Part shown: in pieces, positions 36,157 through 45,222 of the stretch
How positions within the stretch are numbered: the stretch's first letter is position 1
Layout of the letters: each line of letters begins with the position of its first letter
Virus record (IMG/VR): IMGVR_UViG_3300037510_000159
Coordinates: 1-60,688 of that record
From: a virus
Taxonomy: Duplodnaviria > Caudoviricetes
Direction: 5' to 3' (one strand)
Length of the DNA stretch: 60,688 nucleotides
The notes under the pieces: model-generated
Seen by the model: only the letters and a program-made list of their open reading frames with translations
Databases searched by the model: none
What the model was told of the DNA's origin: nothing
Made by a program: the position numbers and the translations under genes

Positions 36157-36565
36157 CGGGCGCGTCACCGAGCCCCTGCACTATCTTAATAGTGAGCGAG
36201 CCGGTGCTGTCGACGCCGAGCCTGTCGCCGTACTTGCGCGGCAATAGCTTCGACGCCGCCCACTTGCGCGTGTCGATCGCCAACCTGGCGGCATGCACGG
36301 CCGGCGACGACTCGCGTTCGCCGGCGACGCTGTCAGCGATGCTGATCATCTCGTCGACGTAGCGCTCGGTTTGTTGCTCGCGCGCGCGGACGTAGAGCGG
36401 CAGGAAATTTCCTTCTTCCCGAGCCAGCCAAAACCGCACGGTGCGCTCCGACGGCATGCTCTCGTCGCGGCAGATAGCGACCAGGCTTTGCCCATCGGCG
36501 ATGCGCTCGCAGATTTCCGCGGCAATCTCATCGGTATATGAGCTCGGCCGCCCTCTCTGAGCCAC
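36149..36565 (-). CDS. terS: Terminase small subunit (Sf6 gp1-like)
   Basis: GRPSSYTDEIAAEICERIADGQSL..IC....MPS..TV..W; IDTRKWAASKLLPRKYGD. Confidence 0.9.
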   Translation of the reverse strand: MAQRGRPSSYTDEIAAEICERIADGQSLVAICRDESMPSERTVRFWLAREEGNFLPLYVRAREQQTERYVDEMISIADSVAGERESSPAVHAARLAIDTRKWAASKLLPRKYGDRLGVDSTGSLTIKIVQGLGDAPDE

Positions 36566-36696
36566 GTTAGCGCCCGTAAGTCATTGCGTTGCCTCGCATT
36601 TTGCGTCGAGAAAAAAACTTCAGAAAATCTCTTGCTGCGTCACTTGATAGTCGATAATCGACTACCATCTATCATCTCGTAGCAAGGAGAGATGCG

Positions 36697-36864
36697 ATGT
36701 TGTTGACCGGACTGATCTACACCCGCCGCGCTGCCCTGACGCTGGCCTCGCAGCTCAACGACGAGGACGACGACTGGACCTACGAGGTGGAGCCGACGCC
36801 GGATGGCGAGCAGGCCCGCGTCGCGGTGTACGACGAAGAGGATTTGTTCGTCGGGTATTTGTAG
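36697..36864 (+). CDS. Small acidic protein, 55 aa
   Basis: AAGGAG RBS; manual translation MLLTGLIYTRRAAL...EDLFVGYL. Confidence 0.65.
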   Translation: MLLTGLIYTRRAALTLASQLNDEDDDWTYEVEPTPDGEQARVAVYDEEDLFVGYL

Positions 36865-36903
36865 CAACGGGCGGCGGCTGCCGTCCACACAAGGAGAGAT
36901 GCG

Positions 36904-37071
36904 ATGACCTACGAACAAGCGCTGCGCACTGTCGACCACCTGAAGGAAGCCTTTCGGCGTGTCGCGCCTGACAGCAGGGAATTGACCTCGCTGGTGCAGG
37001 TCTGCGAGCACCTCGAGGCTGGCCTGCAGGAGGGGCTGGTGCAGGACGAGCCCAGGTGGATCGACCGATGA
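36904..37071 (+). CDS. Small protein, 55 aa
   Basis: AAGGAG RBS; MTYEQALRTVDHLKEAF... Confidence 0.6.
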   Translation: MTYEQALRTVDHLKEAFRRVAPDSRELTSLVQVCEHLEAGLQEGLVQDEPRWIDR

Positions 37072-37346
37072 GCGACCCGCGCAACCTGACGCTGGAGCGC
37101 GTCAACCGCCTGACCCAGGCGATGGCCGACCTGATGGAGAGCCACGCCGCGCAGGGCCGCATGACGACACGGCTGCTGACGGAGATGAACGATCACATGG
37201 CGTCGATCGACGTGACGCTGTCCGCGCTGCGCCAGGACATGCGCGATCTGGCGAGCGAGCAGATCCTGCTCGGCAACCGGGTCGAGGAGGGTCTGGCGAG
37301 GGCGTTGCGTGCCAACGCTCGCATCGACGAGATGGAGCAGCCCTGA
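37068..37346 (+). CDS. Coiled-coil protein
   Basis: ATGA overlap; heptad repeats. Confidence 0.6.
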   Translation: MSDPRNLTLERVNRLTQAMADLMESHAAQGRMTTRLLTEMNDHMASIDVTLSALRQDMRDLASEQILLGNRVEEGLARALRANARIDEMEQP

Positions 37347-37465
37347 GACGACAACGCCGGCCTGGACATGCATATCCGGGCCGGCGTTGCGTTGATTGAG
37401 AGATGCGAAGCTGTCAATCCCGGCCAACATGGTGCATCGAGGCGCCGCTGTCGAGGAGAGATGCA

Positions 37466-37762
37466 ATGGACGAGGCACTGACCGGCCCCGAGCTGCGCGC
37501 CGAGCTCGAGCGGCTCGGCATATCGCGCGCCGAGTTTGCCCGGATCTGCGGCGTGCAGTGGAAGGCGGTGAATTTTTGGGGCATGGATGCGGATGATCCA
37601 AAAGCCCTGCCGGTACCGCAATACGCCGTCACGATCGTGCGGCTGCTGCGCGAAAACCTGAGGCTCAAGCTGCGCGTGGCGGCGCTGGAGCACAAAGCCG
37701 ATATGCTCGATGAGCTTGAAGAGCGGCTGCGCGGCCGGATCAGAGCGCCTGCAGAGGTGTAG
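37466..37762 (+). CDS. HTH DNA-binding protein
   Basis: LTGPELRAELERLGISRAEFARICGV..KAV..W; GAGGAG RBS. Confidence 0.75.
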   Translation: MDEALTGPELRAELERLGISRAEFARICGVQWKAVNFWGMDADDPKALPVPQYAVTIVRLLRENLRLKLRVAALEHKADMLDELEERLRGRIRAPAEV

Positions 37763-37872
37763 CCACCGGCAGCTCTGCTACCCTGACACAAACCTTGTGT
37801 TTGTCGATTTGGCCTTGTCAAGCACAATCTGTTGTGGCGAAGAAAATACCTGGGCGGAAAAATTTCGCCCAG

Positions 37873-38454
37873 CTATGCCAGCTTGAACACCCGCTCGAGG
37901 ATCGCCAGGGCGCCGACGATGGCGCCTTTGACGACGGCCGGGTTGAGCGGCCTGTCCTGCCAGCCCTCCCGCACGCCGAATTGCGCCATCGAGCAGCCCA
38001 GCCCGAGGACGTACCACAGCGCCAGCCCGGCTGCCGACTTGCCGCCCCCGACGGCATCGAGCGCGGCGTTGATCTGGCGCCTGGCCCATTCGCTCTGGGC
38101 CGAGAGGGCATCGTACACGCCGGCTCCGTGCGCCAGCACCCGGCCCGGGTCCGCGGCCTTCAGCACGTCCAGCGCAGCCAGGCGAAAGATCCGCTGAAAT
38201 TCCAGGCCCGCCGCGTGCTCGCCGCGGGTTATGTGCCCGGCCTCCTCCCACTCTGCCAAGAGCTCCTGCACTCGCCACGGCCGCCCGATATCGCCGTGCG
38301 CGTCCTGCGTCTGGCCTTCGTCTCGCGTCGCCCGGCCCTGGCGGCGCAGCTCCCGTGTCGGCCCCTCCCGCTCGGTATCGGCGCGCTCGCGCTCGATGAT
38401 CGCCGTCAGGGTCGGTGCCCTTGGTCGCCGGTACTGCGGCTTGCGGTGTTTCAG
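37873..38454 (-). CDS. DUF6456-like late transcription activator (possible CTG start)
   Basis: G.IT..EHAAG..F, L.YVLGLG.S..F...GW, G...GAL..L motifs; frame open to CTG 38454 behind GAGGGGG; position upstream of terS. Confidence 0.6.
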   Translation of the reverse strand: MKHRKPQYRRPRAPTLTAIIERERADTEREGPTRELRRQGRATRDEGQTQDAHGDIGRPWRVQELLAEWEEAGHITRGEHAAGLEFQRIFRLAALDVLKAADPGRVLAHGAGVYDALSAQSEWARRQINAALDAVGGGKSAAGLALWYVLGLGCSMAQFGVREGWQDRPLNPAVVKGAIVGALAILERVFKLA

Positions 38455-38537
38455 GAAGATCCCCCTCGACGCTAGGGCCGTTCTCGTGACCGTACAGTGC
38501 GGTCTAGCTCGACCCGCCTCATACCACCAGAAAACTG

Positions 38538-38927
38538 CTAGAGGCTATCCACGCGCTCTCCAGCGCCGACAGAGGGCATGTCTGCGGGTAGTGGTGCCGT
38601 CTCCTCCCGTCGCCGAGCGATGGCGGCATCGTACAGCGCCAAGACATCCCGCTTCCGCGTGCGCCGGGCGTCGTTGAGCTCCATGACGGAAGGTGCCCTG
38701 CCTCGACCCAGCAGCGAGCTGATCCAGGGCAGCGCGTCGGCGAGCAGGCATGCAGCCGCAATCTCGGTGGAGCTGCGCGCATACTCGTCGTCGTCCGATC
38801 CCGGCGAGTAGATCGCTCCCAAGGCGCAGACCGCTCCCCCCTTGCGGTAGTCGCCCTTGCACCACCCGTGCGGCCTGGCGATCTTGCCGCGGCCCTCGAG
38901 CAACAATTCGAGCACGTCATCGTGCAT
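38538..38927 (-). CDS. DUF6197-like protein
   Basis: GWCKG...CALGAI...ND..RT..DVLALYD.AI. Confidence 0.65.
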   Translation of the reverse strand: MHDDVLELLLEGRGKIARPHGWCKGDYRKGGAVCALGAIYSPGSDDDEYARSSTEIAAACLLADALPWISSLLGRGRAPSVMELNDARRTRKRDVLALYDAAIARRREETAPLPADMPSVGAGERVDSL

Positions 38928-38937
38928 GGTGGCCTCC

Positions 38938-39255
38938 TCAGTTGACGCTCGTGGTTGTGCCTGCGCCCTCGAGCAGCTCCGCGATCCAATCGCGCCAGGC
39001 CCTGATCAGCCAAGGCAGCGCGTCCGCCACCACGTCCTCGTCGTCGGCGTCGAGCTCGCACCCCTGGGGATCTGGGACGCCGCCGCACAGCAGGATCGCG
39101 CTGGTCATCGCGAGAGCCATCATCGCCGTCGCGTTCTGCTTGCCTTCGATCAGCCTGATCATCTCGCTGGCAATACGCCGCGCCTCCCGCAGGTCGGCCG
39201 TGCGCCCGATGGTGCGCGCCATCGCAATGGCCTCGTCGAGGCTGGGATCGCTCAT
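38938..39255 (-). CDS. Hypothetical protein
   Basis: Coupled ORF MSDPSLDEAIAM. Confidence 0.55.
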   Translation of the reverse strand: MSDPSLDEAIAMARTIGRTADLREARRIASEMIRLIEGKQNATAMMALAMTSAILLCGGVPDPQGCELDADDEDVVADALPWLIRAWRDWIAELLEGAGTTTSVN

Positions 39256-39524
39256 TCCGCCGCCCCCGCCCTGACGATCCGCGCCATGTCGGTCGCGATG
39301 GACGCGATGCCGGCCAGCACGGTCGCGGTATCCTCGTCCTCGTCGCGACCGCGCTTGCTCCCCGCAACGGCCAGCGCCACCGTGATCATCGCCACGGCAA
39401 GCGCGGCGTTGGCGAGCCGCTCGCCCGTCAGGACCAGGCACATCTGCTTCGCCAGCATTTCCGCCTTGGCGTCATCGCCCGCGCCGCGGATGGCATCGAG
39501 AAACTCGTCGAGATCGTCCGACAT
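39252..39524 (-). CDS. Hypothetical protein
   Basis: GGAG RBS; 90 aa. Confidence 0.55.
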   Translation of the reverse strand: MSDDLDEFLDAIRGAGDDAKAEMLAKQMCLVLTGERLANAALAVAMITVALAVAGSKRGRDEDEDTATVLAGIASIATDMARIVRAGAAE

Positions 39525-39527
39525 CGG

Positions 39528-39932
39528 CTACTCCGCCGCCGACACGAAGCGCCAGTAGCGCTCGGCCGCGCTGATCGCGTCGCCATCGGGATGGGGCTGG
39601 TGCTCCAGCGCGAGGCGCAGGCATTCGAGGCGAAGCTGCGGGGCCGGGTCCGGCGGTTTGGCCGCTGCGGGATATGACCAGCTTCCGCCGAGCACGAGCT
39701 TCTCGATCTCCGCGACGGTGACCCTGCCGCAGTTTTCCAGCGCTAGCAGCCCCCACGATCCGAGCGCCCGGATCTCCTCCGCGGTTTTCAGCCCGGCGCG
39801 TGCCAGTACCCAGCAGGCCCTGCCGCTGAGCCCGTGGCGCCGCCAGTACGTTTCCAGATCATTCCAGCCGCGGACCATGTCCTCAGGGGACGGGTGGGGC
39901 GCCACGGGAGCCGTCGCCTTGAGGTACTCCAT
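39528..39932 (-). CDS. RNA polymerase alpha-CTD-like domain protein
   Basis: LSGRACWVLARAGLKT.EEI....LL.LENCGRVTVAEI resembles the alpha-CTD HhH pattern. Confidence 0.65.
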   Translation of the reverse strand: MEYLKATAPVAPHPSPEDMVRGWNDLETYWRRHGLSGRACWVLARAGLKTAEEIRALGSWGLLALENCGRVTVAEIEKLVLGGSWSYPAAAKPPDPAPQLRLECLRLALEHQPHPDGDAISAAERYWRFVSAAE

Positions 39933-39935
39933 CGG

Positions 39936-40112
39936 CTACTCCGCCGCCCGTCGCCCGGTCGGGCGAAGCTGTGCGATCACGCTTTCGGCACGCAGCAGCT
40001 CTCGCTCCTTGGCTTTGGCGATCTGGCGCAGTTGCTCGTCGGCGAACAGGGACAGGCTGTCGGCGATGCTCTCCAGCGCCTTGGCGATGCGCTTGGCGGT
40101 GTCCTCGGTCAT
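39936..40112 (-). CDS. Hypothetical protein
   Basis: GGGGAG RBS; MTEDTAKRIAKALESIADSL. Confidence 0.55.
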   Translation of the reverse strand: MTEDTAKRIAKALESIADSLSLFADEQLRQIAKAKERELLRAESVIAQLRPTGRRAAE

Positions 40113-40148
40113 ACGGTCTCCCCGCAAGGTTGTCCTGCTGCGGCCGTA

Positions 40149-40295
40149 GCCCGATAGCCCGATAGCCCCCCTAAGATCGGGGGATAAAACGGGCTGCCCG
40201 ATAGCCCATTTATCCCCCTTAGGGGGGATAGGGTTATCGGGCAGGAACGGGTTACCCGATAGCTGCCCGATAGATTTGATGCTATCGGGCAGCTC
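40149..40295. repeat. CCCGATAG direct and inverted repeats; candidate replication origin
   Basis: At least five CCCGATAG copies plus inverted (C/T)TATCGGG copies directly after the helicase gene. Confidence 0.55.
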
Positions 40296-41910
40296 ATGAC
40301 GGCCGTTTTCCCTGGTTGACGCGCAACCCCATCTGCTTCTCTCCGCGCAAGGGATTGACGTACTCTTCGGCGTAAAGGACGCCGTTTTCGATCCACGTCC
40401 GGACGATCTCGCGGCACTGCTTTTCGGTCTTATCGGGGCTGTACTTCTGCACGATAGTCCAAGCGGCATTTTCCTTGGCCCGGCCGCCGGCCGAATAGCG
40501 TCTGCCGTCCTCCATTCCGGCCTCGATGTCGTCGAGGGCTCGGTTGAGGTCACTGTTGCGCAGCCCGTCCCAGGTTTTGGGCGGCGTCCACGGCACGGCG
40601 GCGGCAACCTGTTCGCGGTTGGCGAGGGTATAGACGGCCTTCTGAAACCACCTCGCCTCGCTGATCGCGGCGTAGCTTTGCCTGGCATCATCGAGCCTGA
40701 TGTAGCCCTCGCGGGTTTCGCGGTCGGTATCGATACCGAGGGCCTCGGCGTCCTCCTTGCTCATCGTCGTCAGGGTCAGCGCCACCCGAGTTGCACCGAT
40801 GGTGGCGGATGCGCCGCGCGATGCGTCGATGTCGCCCGGAGTGACCGAGCCCTTGCGGGTGTGGTGCAGGATTACGACCGCGACGTTGAACTCCTTCGCC
40901 AACTCGCGGAATGAACTGACGACGGCGCGCATGGCCGTATTGTCGTTCTCCATCGCCGTGTGCAGTTCAGCGAGAGGGTCGACGATCAGCATGTCGGGCG
41001 TGTACTCGCGCAACAGGACGCGCAATACGGCAAGAGCCGGGCTCTCGATGATCGTGCCGGTCTGGCTGTCGACGACAAACAGCGTGCCGATGCGGAGCGG
41101 GCCGGTCCTGATCACCTTGCCGCGTATGTCGTCGGGGCAGGCGCCGAACTGGCGCAGCGTGGCCGACAGCCTGCGCCGCTGCTCGTCTCCGTCATCCTCG
41201 CAGTTGTAGACGGCAACCTTGCCCGGCTTCCTGGGGCGGAAGTCGCTGTGCGGGCGGCCCAGCGCGACAGAACACGCCCATGCCAACATCAGCGAGGATT
41301 TCATGGCCGATGGCGGCCCGGAGAGGATCGTGACGCCGCCGCGCAGAGCAAACCCAGGCGCTACCCAGGCGCGCACCGGGATGTCTTCCTCTTTCCAAGA
41401 GCCGTCATCGACCCACAGCGCGGAGGGCGCGCTGCTTTCCGCGGTCTGCCTGATCTCGGCTTGCAGGCGAGAGAATGCATCGGCGAGGTCGCCGGTGGGA
41501 TTGCCTGCGGCCGCCATGAAGTCATTGCAGCTTTGGATACCCGCGCGCCTTTGAAAGGCGTTCAGGATTATGTCGACGTAGGACGGCAGAAACGCCCCGG
41601 CGACGGCGTCGGGGATCAATGTCTTGACGTATTGCGCCGCGCCACCGTGGCCGCTGAGGATTTCCTCCTCGCCAAGCACGTCCTTGATGAGGACGACGTC
41701 GACCGGCTTGCCGCCGCGCAGGAGTGTGCCGATCGCATTGAATATGCGGCCATGCACGGGAAACCCGAAATGCTGCGGCTGGAGGCGGGCCGCCGCAATC
41801 TCATACAGAGCCGGGTTGATCACGCAGGCTCCAATCACTCCCCTCTCTGCATCGGAGCTCATCGGCATTTGCCGTTCGGCGCTGGGGAATTGGTAGACAT
41901 TTTCAGGCAT
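40294..41910 (-). CDS. DnaB N-terminal domain fused to AAA_25/RepA-type helicase
   Basis: AERGVIGA..L.P.HF..HG.IF (DnaB-N); GPPSAMKS Walker A, LIVDPL Walker B, ILHHTRK, SRGASA. Confidence 0.85.
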   Translation of the reverse strand: MPENVYQFPSAERQMPMSSDAERGVIGACVINPALYEIAAARLQPQHFGFPVHGRIFNAIGTLLRGGKPVDVVLIKDVLGEEEILSGHGGAAQYVKTLIPDAVAGAFLPSYVDIILNAFQRRAGIQSCNDFMAAAGNPTGDLADAFSRLQAEIRQTAESSAPSALWVDDGSWKEEDIPVRAWVAPGFALRGGVTILSGPPSAMKSSLMLAWACSVALGRPHSDFRPRKPGKVAVYNCEDDGDEQRRRLSATLRQFGACPDDIRGKVIRTGPLRIGTLFVVDSQTGTIIESPALAVLRVLLREYTPDMLIVDPLAELHTAMENDNTAMRAVVSSFRELAKEFNVAVVILHHTRKGSVTPGDIDASRGASATIGATRVALTLTTMSKEDAEALGIDTDRETREGYIRLDDARQSYAAISEARWFQKAVYTLANREQVAAAVPWTPPKTWDGLRNSDLNRALDDIEAGMEDGRRYSAGGRAKENAAWTIVQKYSPDKTEKQCREIVRTWIENGVLYAEEYVNPLRGEKQMGLRVNQGKRPS

Positions 41911-42213
41911 GGCTCGACCTTTGGTTGCAGAGCAACCCGCGATCGGGGGCCGTGAGCCAGGCGCACCTTTCCTGTGGCAAGACGACGCTTGCAAAAAGGC
42001 GCGAGGTCTGAGAGGATCGCTTTGGAACAAGACGATCTTCCCGGCTCTCGCCGGTATGCATGGCCCGCTTTTCCGAGCGGGCTTTTGCTATTCTGGGGGT
42101 ACTCTCCAGAACGGAGCCGGGTGCAGCCCCGGCCGCCCCAGAATACGCGTAGACGCGCGGTTGTGGAAAATATTTCACAGCGCGCCCTCCAAAAAACGTA
42201 CTTACATTCGCGA

Positions 42214-42426
42214 TCATCGGGGCGGCCCCCTGGCCGGGACGTGCTCGCCCTGCTCGATCGCATCGGCAATGTGCCGGTAGTAATCCGGCGCCGTGCTGTT
42301 TTGGCTCATCGCCAGAAGCCCGGCTTGCTCGCGCAGCCACGCGACGATGTTGGCGCGCTCGATCGCGGCGATGCTGTCGCGATAGCCGACCTGGCGGTTG
42401 CGGCTGTAGTTGTAGCCCTGGCTCAT
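42214..42426 (-). CDS. Hypothetical protein
   Basis: ERANIVAWLR..IADAIE.GEH motif; coupled. Confidence 0.55.
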   Translation of the reverse strand: MSQGYNYSRNRQVGYRDSIAAIERANIVAWLREQAGLLAMSQNSTAPDYYRHIADAIEQGEHVPARGPPR

Positions 42427-42689
42427 GCCGAGCCCGCGCGTTCGTGTTCCGGCGCCGGCGCCGGACCCGGCATGTCGACTGCCTGACCCGTGATTTCGCT
42501 CAGCTCGCGTTTGATCGCGTCCGAGAAAATCTGAATGAAGGCGCCCTTCGCCTCTTGGCTTGCAGTGACGATCGTCATGCGGATCGATCCGAGAAGGACC
42601 GCGTTGTCCGGCCCGGTGCCGAAGTACACGTTCCACCACTCACCCTCGACGCGAAACATGACGCGTCCGACTGTTTCTTCTCGTTTCAT
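42423..42689 (-). CDS. Conserved phage protein
   Basis: GRV.FRVEGEWWN.Y...LLGSIRM...APEHERAG. Confidence 0.65.
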   Translation of the reverse strand: MKREETVGRVMFRVEGEWWNVYFGTGPDNAVLLGSIRMTIVTASQEAKGAFIQIFSDAIKRELSEITGQAVDMPGPAPAPEHERAGSA

Positions 42690-42810
42690 GGCGGCGCCCT
42701 CGCCAGCAGCCAGGCGATCATCATCTCGCGCAGCGGCAGCCAGGCGTCGGCCTTCGCGGCGCGCAGCCAGGCGACGTGCTCGTCGGCGACGAGGACGACC
42801 TCGGCGCGGG

Positions 42811-43005
42811 TCATCGCCGCTCCCGCCAGAGGTGCCGCAGCCCGCCATCGAGCAGCTCGCGCGCCAGGCGGATCGCCTGCAGCGGCTCCAGCGTGGCCGT
42901 GGTGAGCGACGGCGGGTCGATCGCATAAACCGCCAGGTACAGATGCGTGCCATCGTCGGTGACGACGGCGCGGTCGCTCGTGGGGCTGCTTGCCGATGCG
43001 GTCAT
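42811..43005 (-). CDS. Hypothetical protein
   Basis: 64 aa, coupled ORF. Confidence 0.5.
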   Translation of the reverse strand: MTASASSPTSDRAVVTDDGTHLYLAVYAIDPPSLTTATLEPLQAIRLARELLDGGLRHLWRERR

Positions 43006-43169
43006 TGTCCGCCCTCGCCGCTCAGCGGCAGCGGGTGCCGCCGGTTGGCATCACGATAGGCCCGCACCCGCGCCTGCTCGGCCATCTCGCGACGCCGGAT
43101 CGCCAGCCACAGGCGCCAGTTCCCGGCGTAGTCCAGCTCCTCCCAATCCTCGGGCAGGTCGTCGTTCAT
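43002..43169 (-). CDS. Hypothetical protein
   Basis: GGAGG RBS; ATGA overlap. Confidence 0.5.
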   Translation of the reverse strand: MNDDLPEDWEELDYAGNWRLWLAIRRREMAEQARVRAYRDANRRHPLPLSGEGGQ

Positions 43170-43603
43170 AGCGCTGCCTCCGGCAGCGGTCGCATCTCGC
43201 GCGGCGGCAGAAACGCCACCCGCTCGTGCCTGGTGCAGTAGGGCCGGTCGAGGCCGGCGGTGCGCGCGGCACAAAACCCGAAATCGGCCTCACCGGGATC
43301 GCCGTGCGGCCAGACGCAATTTCCGCTGGGTGGAAAAACATTGAGTTTCACACCCACGCGCCGCGGCCTCCTGCGGCCGCCCGTCGGCTCGCGCGCCAGC
43401 TTCAGCCGGGTGCGATGCACCTGGCCCATCACGGCGTTCCGCGACACGCCCAGCTCGATCGCGATGGCGTTCGCAGTCAGCCCCGCGTCGACCAGCTCGA
43501 CGAGCCGGTCGCGATTGGCCGCCCACCACGCCTTGCGCTCGGTGAGCCAAGGACCGCGGGCGGGGCCGAAGCGGCCTGCTATGTCGCCCTTCGTCTCAGC
43601 CAC
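43166..43603 (-). CDS. gcrA: GcrA cell-cycle regulator homolog
   Basis: GLTA.AIA.ELGVSRNAVMGQVHR HTH and C.WP.GDP....F.FC......PYC..H C-terminus. Confidence 0.85.
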   Translation of the reverse strand: MAETKGDIAGRFGPARGPWLTERKAWWAANRDRLVELVDAGLTANAIAIELGVSRNAVMGQVHRTRLKLAREPTGGRRRPRRVGVKLNVFPPSGNCVWPHGDPGEADFGFCAARTAGLDRPYCTRHERVAFLPPREMRPLPEAAL

Positions 43604-44295
43604 AAAGCCATCCCTAATAGGGCGCCGCCCATCACCGCGAGAGAGCTCGGCTCGCTCACCGCGACCGCGCTCTTGATCTCGGTCTGACCGCGATTGAGGA
43701 GCGTCGCCCCGGCAGTCAATGTCCCGATGGCCTGCTCGGTCATGCTGAAGAGCGCGCCGTCGCTCACCGGCCCCGACCCGTTGTGGCTGAAGCTGTCGGC
43801 CAGCAGCACCGCAGTCGAGGTGAAGGTGTCGATCAGGCTGCCCGGCGTGTCGCCGGCCGCGCCGGCCCCCTGCGTGTTGGCCGGATCATTGTACCAGTTG
43901 AGCGTGATCGTGCTCCCGATGGCGTTCTGCCACACGCCCGATCCGGCCGTCGCGAATTGTGTTACCGGCCCGATAAAGCCATTGTCGCCGACCGTGACCG
44001 TTACCGGGATGCTGGCACCAGTGGTGTTGACAACACTCAGCGAGCTTGTGTTGAGGATGTCGAGCGAGGCGCTTTTGGTACTGGTCTGAATGCTGCCGTT
44101 GACCTCGACCCCATTGATGACCTGATCGGCAAGCTGCAACGTGCCGACGGCTGGGTTGATGTCGCACCCGGTGTTGTCGATGCAAAGGCCGGTTGTGCCG
44201 CCGAAGTCGTAGGCAAGCTGCAGCACGGCATGAGACGGCCCAGACATGGCAATAAGAGAAGCCAGGGACGCCGCGGCAACTACAAGTGTACGCAT
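43579..44295 (-). CDS. Secreted PEP-CTERM-like surface protein
   Basis: Signal peptide ending SHA; C-terminal VSEPSSLAVMGGALLGMALWLRRR (motif, TM, Arg cluster). Confidence 0.8.
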   Translation of the reverse strand: MRTLVVAAASLASLIAMSGPSHAVLQLAYDFGGTTGLCIDNTGCDINPAVGTLQLADQVINGVEVNGSIQTSTKSASLDILNTSSLSVVNTTGASIPVTVTVGDNGFIGPVTQFATAGSGVWQNAIGSTITLNWYNDPANTQGAGAAGDTPGSLIDTFTSTAVLLADSFSHNGSGPVSDGALFSMTEQAIGTLTAGATLLNRGQTEIKSAVAVSEPSSLAVMGGALLGMALWLRRRAT

Positions 44296-44309
44296 ATCTA
44301 TCTCCTTTG

Positions 44310-44699
44310 CTAGTACAAACCACCCAAGCTGCATTCGACGTCGGCCCAGTCGTAGGCGACGAGGTAGCCGACGCCGGCCGCGTCGCAGCGCTGTTTAAAC
44401 GCCTTCTGCTCCGGCGACAGGCGGCCCTTGGGCTTGCGGCCAAACAGGTCGTTCGAGGCCGGGCGCTTCAGCTCGACGCACAGCGCGCCCTTGGCGCCGA
44501 GCAGCACGAGGTCCGGCGCACCCGGCGTCAGCATGCCGTCCGACTTCATGCGGGCGACGATGCGGGCAACCAGCGTCCGCTCCTGCTCGTCGCGCGATGG
44601 GATCCACAGGCCGTTGACGCTCGATATCGCCACCACCGGGTAGCGGTTGAGGCGATAGAGGATATCGGTCTGCAGGCTGCGCTCGAGCTGCGTGGTCAT
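44310..44699 (-). CDS. VRR-NUC domain nuclease
   Basis: G..PGAPDL....CVELK....GRLSPEQK.F. Confidence 0.85.
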   Translation of the reverse strand: MTTQLERSLQTDILYRLNRYPVVAISSVNGLWIPSRDEQERTLVARIVARMKSDGMLTPGAPDLVLLGAKGALCVELKRPASNDLFGRKPKGRLSPEQKAFKQRCDAAGVGYLVAYDWADVECSLGGLY

Positions 44700-44878
44700 G
44701 CGGCTCTCCCGCGCAGCGTGCCGAGCGCGCGAAGCTCGAACGCGTGGTCGACGATTATCCGCGCCAGGTCGTGGTCCGTCACTTCAGGCTCGCCAATCAG
44801 GTCCAGCGCCCTCAGCAGCGCTGCCTGTGCCGTGCGTATGCGCTTGGTCTGCAGGGCGCGCTCGAGCTGGGTGCTCAT
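44696..44878 (-). CDS. Hypothetical protein sharing N-terminus with VRR-NUC gene
   Basis: MSTQLERALQT versus MTTQLERSLQT. Confidence 0.5.
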   Translation of the reverse strand: MSTQLERALQTKRIRTAQAALLRALDLIGEPEVTDHDLARIIVDHAFELRALGTLRGRAA

Positions 44879-45222
44879 GCACATGGCCTCCACACCGTCA
44901 GCCCGGCGGCCTCGGCACGGCGCACCAGATCTTCCGTCCCTTTGCCGCCCGGAAAAGCGACGACGCCGTCCGCCTTGCCCTCGTCGATCATCTCCTGATT
45001 GCGGATCGGTCCCGCACGCCTGCCGTGCTCGTCCCACTGCGCCGGGTACGACCCGCACGGGACGCCGCGCTCGTCAGCCCATTGCCAGGCGAGGTAGTCG
45101 GCACCGTCCGCGACGCCCTGGATCAGGAAGTCGATGCCGCGCTTGGCGTGCAGCCGATCGAGCGCCGTGTACACGGCGGCACGGTCGCGGTAGTTGCGCC
45201 CGCCGCAGACGATCACCCGCAT
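44875..45222 (-). CDS. DUF2493/YspA SLOG-family protein
   Basis: MRVIVCGGRNY...G.A.GAD..A..WA...AGPIRNQEM...VVAFPGGKGT. Confidence 0.9.
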   Translation of the reverse strand: MRVIVCGGRNYRDRAAVYTALDRLHAKRGIDFLIQGVADGADYLAWQWADERGVPCGSYPAQWDEHGRRAGPIRNQEMIDEGKADGVVAFPGGKGTEDLVRRAEAAGLTVWRPCA

